The translations under genes were made by a program, and so were the position numbers. Shown here in pieces: positions 54,701-64,000 of a DNA stretch of 64,000 bases. The notes beneath the pieces were generated by a model, which worked only from the letters and a program-made list of their open reading frames with translations, made no database searches and was not told the DNA's origin. The stretch's first letter is position 1, and each line of letters begins with the position of its first letter. The DNA comes from Geosiphon pyriformis uo1 (Eukaryota; Fungi; Glomeromycota), in contig JAAOMT010000664.1 of the NCBI GenBank assembly GCA_016748015.1, forward strand, positions 1,363,892-1,427,891. The letters are read 5' to 3'.

Positions 54701-57700
54701 TTCATGGCCGTGTTAAACGATTTTCTTCACGATAATACAGTCAAAGTCACTCGATTTTTGCAAAATATATCGGTAAAGAAAGTTTTGATTTTACTAGAGT
54801 CTATTCTGAAATTTCTATGTCAATTATCTTAAGTTGAATTAATTCCAGGTGTTAAATAGCGACTCATATATTGTCGAAACAAGAAACGTCGAAGCCAACC
54901 CTATTTCAATATTAGATGACACTAACCATAAAGCGCTTCAAAAGTATTTATTTCTCAACTTAGAACGTATGGGTAGAGAGCTTGTTACTCGACGTGCTAA
55001 ATCAATCAATCCGAGCAATGGAATTTCCGAAATAGATCAAACTCAGGCAAATAAGAGAGCCTATGATAAATTGTCCACTCTTCTTGCAAAACTCGGCCCG
55101 CCTTCTGAAATTCAGAAACATGAATTTTCAAGTATTAATAATATTGAAACAAATAATCATTTGTTTTCCAACTTCATGCGACGATATTCAAATCAAAATC
55201 TCGAATCAATATCTTCGAAAGGATTGTTTTACGCTGGGGGTGTATCAAAGGTTAATAATAAAATTCCTAATCACCTTTGGATTGGTTTACTTCATTATAT
55301 CTAACCAATCCAAGATTTTACAGGAAAAAAGACCTGTATTTTATTTTATTGCTCATCGATTAAGTGCTGAATCAACTGACATGGAACTCTTAATGTATCA
55401 CATACTTCATGTAAGATTTTTTGAATTCGAGATGATTAATTGAGAGTTTTTTTTTTTACTAACTCGAACCTTAGACCATAGAATCATCGAAAGGAACACC
55501 ATATGAGTTAGTAGTCGACTTGACACAATTTGGACATACCAATGAAGTAAAAACACAATGGATACAAGCATTTATCCAAATTCTTCCTTTGGATGCGGTT
55601 GAGAATTTAGGTAATGTATATATGTATAACACCAACACCGCATTCAAGAAATTCTCCAAAAAATTGCCACATATCCTTTTCAATATGAACGGAACTTGTT
55701 TTTCTTTATATATGGTTAATCAATAGTAACCTTGACAATTAAACACGTCCCTTATCCAATAAAATTGGAAAGAAGACAATTTTTATGTGTAGCTTGAACG
55801 AATTACACGAACATATTTCTCCCTCAGAGATTCGGTTACCCAAAAGCACAAGTAATTTGAGTTATTATTTTATCTTTTATTATAACATGAAATTTAATTG
55901 GGTTCTCTCATTTTCCTTAGCTGCATTGGACACTGAAGCATGCGTACAATTTGCACATGTAACCAAAATATCTCATTATCGAGTTACCATTCCTGTCACA
56001 ATGAAGATAAGCAATGAGATGATCCAAGTCATAACGGTGAGTTCCGTTGCTTTCTGATACTGCTCCTATTGTAAACTTGAATTTGATCTTTCAAAAATGA
56101 CCTGGTCCATCTATATGTACATCCAAAAATTTAACAGTCGAAAAAACAAGATTTGTTTTATGGACAACAAGTTACTTTAAACGATGTATACCATATTTGT
56201 GAAATCGAGGATATCAGTTTATCATCGCACAAGAATGCCGATAATGAATTTGTTATTAAACAAGATAATGGTCGTTCCTCCATCGCTTTCACTAGTCCAA
56301 AACGTGATCAGATCATGCAGGTATGACAGTTTATTTGAAAGGTATGAATCTCGAGCATTTACCTGATATTAATTTTATGTGTTATTTTTAGGTTATACTT
56401 GCTTCTAAAACGAGATTTCAGCTTACAAAATCGGCAAATGTGACAGAGAGAGTTATCCGTCCTAAAGATGTACCAGGAACACTTCTCAATATAGCTTTAT
56501 TAAATTTCGGCAGCGATGATCCAAATTTACGACTCGCCGCTTACAACCTGCTGGCTGCTTTAAGTATCAGTTTCAATTTCGATGTGCGAAATCAACTGCT
56601 CAGTGCTAAAGGTGCATCTATTTTCATTCTCTTCTTGAAATAGAATAACTTATTAATCATTTCTCTAATCATTTTTCAAATAGGCTTAGGCATTCCAGCC
56701 AATAATAGTTTTGTGGTGACCCTAAGCGAAAGGCTTGCAAGATCCGAGCCACATCTCACCATTGAATTCTTGGATGAATTCTTTGTGGGTTTCCGTATAT
56801 CCAGTACACAATCAAAGTATTTTTGTCTTCAATATATGGCCCCTTGGCTGTTAAATTTGGCCAATTATAGTCAAAGTGGGTGCCAGAGTCAGCCAAGTAT
56901 TGGAGAAATAAGAAAAATCCTAAGACAATTAATTGAGCTGACAGCTAAAGAGTCTGAGGTAAGCGATATTAAACTTTAATTTCTTGTATTTCATTCTTTA
57001 CTTAATTCTTGTTTCTCTTTATCAGATGAATAACTTGGTTCAATCTAAAGTATGGAGTACATTAGGAAGAGTTGATAAAATCACTAATCTCATTATTGAT
57101 GAGTTTATAAACTATGCCATGGATCACGGAATCGGCTCAAGTGAAGCTGAAACTGTTTCAAATACCATTGTAACATTATCTTCGATATACATTCGAGGAA
57201 AGGTTATTGCGCGACTTCGTAAAGTATGTTGAAATATAAATTTTTTTACCATATCATTTTAATTTAAAAGATACTCTCTTTTATAAGGTTATCCTGAGAA
57301 CATTATCAGCACCCACTCAAATCCTAACAGAAAATTCAACCTGGCCAGAAATAGCTGTACTCGTTCGGTTTAACTTAACCCTCTCATTCAACAACCGCCT
57401 CCACATACATGTATATCTTCCCGAATCATTTTATATTGTTTCTATGCTTGTCGGGACTGGGGCTCCATTAATTCGAGCCTCGATTCATAGTCTTCTCGTG
57501 AATCTTATACAATCATTATGTACGGCAATGCCACTTGAAGAAAATAAGTTGAATCGGCTTAATCTGTTATTGGGCAAAATTTCTGAGTCAAAATTTCGAC
57601 ACCTATTTCGTCTGAAAGAAGTTGGAAATGCTTTCTTAATTTCATCGGATTCTTCATCAGAGGAAATCCAAGTCATTGAAGAAAATCAATATGAGGCACC

Positions 57701-59199
57701 TTCAATTGGTTAGTATTTGGTATAGATATTAATATAAATTGCCTCAAATTGAATCATTTCCCTCCCTATCTTATGTTTCAGAAACTCCCCTGAGTTTATT
57801 AGAGCAATTGGTCCGGGTCTTGGTGGAAGTAATGCAATGTGGAGCACCTTCAATTGGTTGGTATCTTTATTGAATTTCCTTATCTAAATTCTGCCGCTAT
57901 AATCAAAATTCCTTCCACCTTTATTTCACATTTAAGATATTTCAAATACCTGGAAGGCACGTTGGATGAGCCTGGTGACAAGTACAACATTTCAATATAA
58001 CCCAGCAATACAACCAAGAGGCTTTGTAACACTTGGTTGCTTGGCAAGTGAAGAAGTTGAAGATTTTCTCTTGGATCAGATCTTAATTGTGCTAAAAGGA
58101 GCACTTTTTAGGTTTTCTGAGAATGAAATTCAACTAATTGTAAGCATAATTATGTGCTTAACGAACATTGTGAAAAATTTATCACCAGAATCAAGATATT
58201 TGCGCCCAATGTTTTGGCTGGCTATGTCATTGGTACAAATTGGACATGTCGTGATATTCAAAAGTGCCATTAAACTTGTCCAAGTGGTTCTAGATAATTT
58301 AGATGCCAATGGATTTTTTAAACATGATGACATTGCAACCTGTCTTTTAAAAGCACGATTACCAATGGCTGAAGTTTCTATACTTATGGATCTGGAAGCT
58401 GGAATTAGTTATGATCATTTTTCTTTTGCTGTTGCGGCGGCCCTATCTAAAGGATTAAACCAACCAGCAACAAAAACCGATACTCGAGCCGTACTTATTA
58501 CTTTTCTGGAGATTTCATCTAAAAGAATTAATCCGCAAGAAGCTATCCTCAATTCAAACATGTTGGGCTACCTTGCTGCACTATTACCAGGATCAGCAAA
58601 GAATAATGATATAAAAGAACTTCTGTGGCTATGTGGAATTCTTGATATAGATGTTGATGTTTATGAATTAACCACGATACACGACAAGATTTTTCAAAAA
58701 CTTAGTACTCTCGATGATTTAATGTCGCTGTTGCTAATTTCTTTGATGGTTGCAATGGTTCAAAATGCGGAACACGAACTTGAACGCTTATTCCTGTACC
58801 GATTTTTAGCTGATGCCGCTGTGTCAAAGTCTGAAATTTTTTCATTTGTGTATCCTTTTTTCTTATTCTCAGCTTCTTTTACTCGACTTGTTCAATAATT
58901 CCTTAACATGAAATGAATTTTTTTTTGGTTCCTGATATAGTTATGATAGCCTTCTAACCAAAATGAACCAAACTGTTGCCTCCAGTGACACGCTTCCAAT
59001 ACTCTGTGCAGTACAATCAATCATGTATACTATTATCTCGGAATCCACATCTTCCAAACCACACGGAAATTATATTGCATTGTTGGAAGATATTGGATTT
59101 AAAAGTTTAATTGACTGTGGCTCATTTCACATGGTAAAAGAGAAAATGCATTTTAACGCAGTATTATCCAGTAATTTAGTTGATAAAATTATTGGATGA
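48604..59199 (+). CDS. NF1: Neurofibromin / Ira1-Ira2-like Ras GTPase-activating protein (multi-exon, roughly 30 exons)
   Basis: First exons read MNEENLILSLINRIIER|LPCNSG. N-HEAT motifs are IFYLSSSNW, AIWNWIEVFPAEF and FWPLQTMLLILCPD. GAP motifs are LFRRNS (Arg finger), FIFLRFLCPVIVAP and NLANNVLF. A Sec14-PH region (~55200-56400) is followed by IRPKDVPGTLLN, DPNLRLAAYNLL, EPHLTIEFL, CLQYMAPWL and NPAIQPR. Confidence 0.95.
48672..48728. repeat. Compound (ATT)n(CTT)n microsatellite in NF1 intron 1
   Basis: Directly visible. Confidence 0.9.
55671..55746 (+). other. U12-type AT-AC minor-spliceosome intron in NF1
   Basis: The 5' site is ATATCCTTT, the branch is ACCTTGAC (55729-55736) and the intron ends in AC. 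Removal joins ORF 55520 to ORF 55785 in frame (KKLPRPLSNKIGKK). Confidence 0.9.
58850..58940 (+). other. U12-type GT-AG intron in NF1
   Basis: The 5' site is GTATCCTTT and the branch is TTCCTTAAC (58899-58907). Removal gives in-frame FSFVYDSLLTKM. Confidence 0.8.
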
Positions 59200-60962
59200 T
59201 GAGAAAAAGAGATGGGGGATAAAAAATTGTATTATCGATAAAAATATAGTATAGAAATAAAATATAGCATAGAAATAAGATCAAATATTTTACTGCTGCT
59301 TGAGTTTTAAAAGGATACTTCCAAATTAAATATCAATTCATGATTTTGGATAATTTGGATTCGATACAAACTCCATGATCGATTAAAATAAAGTGATTGT
59401 CGAATTTTGCACCTTTAAGAAGTAAATAGCAAATTTTAAAGAGTGCTTTAATACAAGATTAATATTTAATACAAATATTTAGGAAAAAAAATAATGACCC
59501 AGAGCAAAAGTTTAGCATTCTCTTTAAAAGAGATTTTCAAATGCAATACAAGCCAATATTTAATATTTTGTGGTTATATAAACAAATCAAACCTTGAATC
59601 TATCGGGTTCCACCCTTAACAGAAATATAAATAGAAAAAATTTTATGAAAATTTCAATAATTTAGGAAACTCAGATTTAAATAGCATTATCATTTTTGGT
59701 ATACAAAATTTCCAAAGGAACTATTTTTATATAAACAATCTAAAAATATCTCGATACAATAAAATGCTTATGATCTATTTCTCCAAGTTATATATACATA
59801 ATTAATTGCAACTTATGTATGTATGTAGTTTATTTTATTTTATTTTATTTTTGTTATTTTTTGCTCAAATGAGTTTAGGCCTTTCGCTGTTTATTTGACA
59901 CATTTACAATCTCATTTTAATTTCAGTCAAGTATATTTATTTTAATTGATACATTATTTTTTATACAATTGTAGGTAATGATATTTTAAGCTCTATTATT
60001 TCATTTTTTGCCTTGATTTCAATCAATCTTGTAAAATCTTTATTATTTTGGTGAATTTTACTTAAAATAATCAAATATTGGTATGTAGATGATTTAATTA
60101 TTGCATTTGTAATATATAAATATGATTAAATAAATTAAATAATGTAAAATTAAGAATAATTTTTTAAAATATTATTATAAGATAAATAAGTTGTTAATAT
60201 CTATTTAATAATTAATGTGTAAAATTAATTTTTACAATATTTATTAACGCATTCATAATATAATTTAAAATTTAGTTAATTTAAACATTTAAAAAACCAT
60301 ATTTTTTTATAATAATTTTTAGAATTGATTTGCAAAATAGAAAATGTATGTAAAAAAAATTAATTATTACAAAATATATTAAACTATATTGAATAAATTT
60401 ATATAATAAAATTAATTATATTTTTTAAAAACCCATGTTTTTAATTAAGATTGGATAATTTTTTTTAACAGTTTTATTTATACATAAAATTTTATAAAAT
60501 TAAAATTCTAACATTTCTTAAGAAATATTTGATTTAATTAATAAATTTTAATATGGCTTTTTAAAAAAACCATTTCTAAGATTTATTAATAATTTATATT
60601 TTGTCATTGTGATAGATAAATCAATTTTTAAAATAATGTAATTTTCAGTAATTTTTAATTAAGCAAATTTTAATTTAAAATAATTAATTTTTTGGAAATT
60701 TAATTTAAATGTAGCTTGAAAATAAGGTTTATGAATAAATTGCTTTTAAATGTTCAAATAAATCAATATAAATATTAAATTATTAAAAAATTTTGGGAAC
60801 TAAAAGAATTCAACGAAGAGTTTCTTTAAGCATCGGATATACGGAAGTGAGTTAAACTCAGACATGTTCATATCTAGCTATTTTATCTAATTCGTCGTGC
60901 GCTTTATGCTGAAACTTTGGATGATTGACTAAAATTGTAATAATCCAATATATAATATGTGT

Positions 60963-63900
60963 AATACCTTCCAATAGATTTTAATAAAACTATCCAAATA
61001 ATAATAGCAATTATTCTTTAATAAAAGCCTTCATTCAATCTCTGCAAAAGATCTCGAGAAATACATGGTTTCTTTTCCATAACATTCTCTACTCTATTCA
61101 ATACAGGTTAGAATAAGATTCAAATTTTTATTGATTAAGAAACTATAATCTATTAAATTTAGGATTAAAAGATTACATTTTAAGTTGTAGAATTTCAAAA
61201 GGATTTTTTTAAATATAAATAATAACTATAAATAAGTAATCGCCTACCTAATTTCTTAACTTTTTGATACTACTCTTTAATGAGCGAATCAAATAAACCC
61301 CTATCTCCTGTGAAAGATTTTATAAAAGGTTTCGATTTTTGAGTGAATGGTAAAGTTTTTTATTTGATTTGATTTTTAGGCGAATCTCATACAATCAATA
61401 AAGTTTGTAGTTCCATTTTTTAATAATATCTTAATAATTTTAGGACTGTTTAAAAATAGAAAGCACCGATATAAATTGTAAAGGTATCACCTAACTTAGC
61501 GAAACTGCATTAAAATTTTTTTTAATAAATAACCAATTCACAGCAAATATAAAATTACTTTTTATGCATATCCCGAGTTATTAAAGAGATATGTCTTACA
61601 ATAAAAAAGAAAATTCCACTCAAATCATCGAATATCATAGGGTTTGCTAATAATATTAAGAAGATGCAAAATTTCGGAAACTTATGAATAATAAGAATCC
61701 GGCCTGGTGCTTTAGGTAATTTTTTCACGCTATGAATTTTTGCTTTCAAGAATTTCGTTTTGCAAGATATAGTGAGATAAGATGGGCGATGATATAAGGA
61801 GAGCCATTTAATTAAGGTTTATAAAATTCCTTAGAAAATGTTATATATATATATATATATAATGCCTTGGTTAACTCAGAGATTAAAAGTAATATAATTA
61901 GTTAAAGGTGTAAAAAGATGTGAAAGATTTAATTAGTTTCATTCGCTTCAATATTTACCTTTGTAAACTAACATAATTAGTTAAAGTCGTTTCATTTACA
62001 TAAATATTTAGAATTATAAATTCCATTAACTTGTTCAAATAATTGACTAAACTATATTTTATTTTTCGTCAGCGAATTTTTAAAGTCCATGAAGTTATTA
62101 TAATCAAAAATTACCAACTGTATTTAAAAAGAAATTTGTTTAATAATACATATAAAATTAATAAAAATATAGTCATGTGATAAAAGGCTTTGTTTCTATA
62201 ACAGATATTTAGGTTCGGTATTTTTTCTTACATAGAGTGAATTGATATTTAAAGGTTTATTCGAGTAATAATGTACTCGTTAAATCTTTATATGGAGTAA
62301 CTTCATTTTATAGAGCTTTTGATAATTTTTTCATTAATAATGATAAAATATTTGGTTTTTTTAAATTAAATGAGCAAGGATTATTTAAAATTAGCCATTT
62401 TATTTTTATGCATCATATATAGAAAAATTCTAAACAGTCTATTTTCAATAAAAAAACCAGTGGTGAATTAAGCTCATATTGACATAGTTTGACTATTTCA
62501 AAAAGGAATATGATTAAAAAATCTTATCTAATATATTAATGTGCCATCTTTTTCTATATAATACACTCGGGGGCGGAAGAGAATTAAATGTTACTTTATT
62601 ATATAATTTTAGATTATAGTCAATATTTAATATTTTACATTCCTAGCTGCATTGTCAATTAATATATTAATTACCACTAGTCCTTAAATAATTTTCTTTA
62701 CAAATGAATGAAATTCTAGATTATCTTTGCAAATGTTTTTTAAGTGGGCCAGCCTATGTTAAACCATATTAATCCATTTGATTAATTTCGCTTTAAGCCT
62801 TTTGTGAATAATAGGGAATTATTTCGATTTTAAAATTATATTTATTCGTAAGTTCCATTAAAATTCTCATTTAAGACTCATTCGTTGAAAAACAATGGCA
62901 AGATAAAAGTAATTAAAATCCAAATATCAAAGCATTGAAAAATAAAAATATATAAAGAGATAAAATAATGCAACCCAAAACAAAACAAAATGGAATGGAA
63001 TTTTTGTATTATCTACAGTAAAACTATAACTCCTATTTTCAAATATTCTATATCTAGACTTAATATATGTATTCTATAGCTCTTTAAGTCTGCATATTCC
63101 TCCTATGTTTAGTAGGGTTCAGGCTGCTGAGTAGCGTCAGACCACGTTGAACAACAAGGAAATTAATTTAGAAAGATGCATCAAAGAAAATTGATATATC
63201 AAAGGGTTAAAGCAACACACGCCTAAAAATATGAAAAATTCTTGTAAGGATCTCCAGTTTCTCAAAGATCTTTTCTTAGGAGGCCCAAGGTCTAATAGAG
63301 AAAATACTCCGAGTGATTTAGTAGCTATATATCGAACAATTACTCGCATCTCTTTGAAAAACCCATATCTAGAGAAAATTTTCACATTCATCAATATTTA
63401 TCCAAAAATATTAGTGAATGCGAAAAGTGAAATTATATTTTGAATATATACCAAGACTGTGGTTTTCAACGTGTGAAACTAATTGCTGTTAATCGAAAAC
63501 TGATCTTCTGATATTGATAATTTATGAATTTAAAAATTGGTTTGATTATTTTAATTGACACCAAGGTAAACTATTGCAAATTATGTGAAAAGAGAATATC
63601 AACCTTTAAGAAAAAAGGATGAAAGTTATCTTAAAAAATACTAATGGTTTGGTCGGTGGTATAGAAGTATATGAACCTAGAAAAAAAATTTTGACACTGA
63701 TAATAAAGTTGTATCCAATTCTTGGGAATATAAATATTATCTAATTGAAATTGCTATTATTAATAATTCTATATTTATAGGAAAAGTAAGAAATAACTAT
63801 TATAAACAAAAAATGGAATGCCACTTATAGTTTGTAAGGCATTTCTGGGAATTTCAAAAAAAAAAGAAAATAAATTGATATTAAAAAACATGGATTAATA

Positions 63901-64000
63901 GAAAACTATTTTATTTTTTTTGATAACTTTTACTCTTTTCGAGTCTCTTTATTAAATATTTATTAAAATCATTTGTTTATATCATTGTAAAGTAAAAAAC
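60963..64000 (+). repeat. Uninterrupted (LINE-free) copy of the segmental duplication unit
   Basis: Colinear with 26941-28115 plus 34840-36310, and an inverted match to ~10606-11400. Confidence 0.95.

Noticed and set aside
57861-57870. GTATCTTT as a third U12 donor in NF1
   Set aside because: Using it creates an in-frame TGA, while the GT at 57857 gives the correct frame.

Overview
This is a eukaryotic, very AT-rich, intron-containing fungal contig. The gene families point to Glomeromycota, and Geosiphon-like is my best inference; they include BTB/BACK-TLDc, TKL-kinase relics, F-box/LRR, lipase-3-fold genes and minor-spliceosome introns. Intact or probably intact genes are two 5-exon lipase class 3-fold genes that both lack the catalytic Ser, three near-identical BTB-BACK-TLDc paralogs with a hypervariable C-terminal TLDc segment, an intronless bacterial-type SLOG ('molybdenum carrier') gene, an F-box/LRR gene, and a ~10.6 kb neurofibromin (NF1/Ira) RasGAP gene with two U12-type introns, one of them AT-AC. 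The rest is pseudogenes, segmental duplications, a long-TIR element and retroelement relics. The main finding is a full-length 6.7 kb LINE (28116-34830) with an A-rich tail and 9-bp target-site duplication. It sits in a repeat whose empty-site copy is also in the window (~62162) and is still roughly 90-99% identical. Yet the LINE interior is saturated with C->T/G->A changes in non-CpG contexts, while equally long duplicated host genes are untouched. This suggests a transposon-targeted, RIP-like hypermutation defence outside Dikarya.
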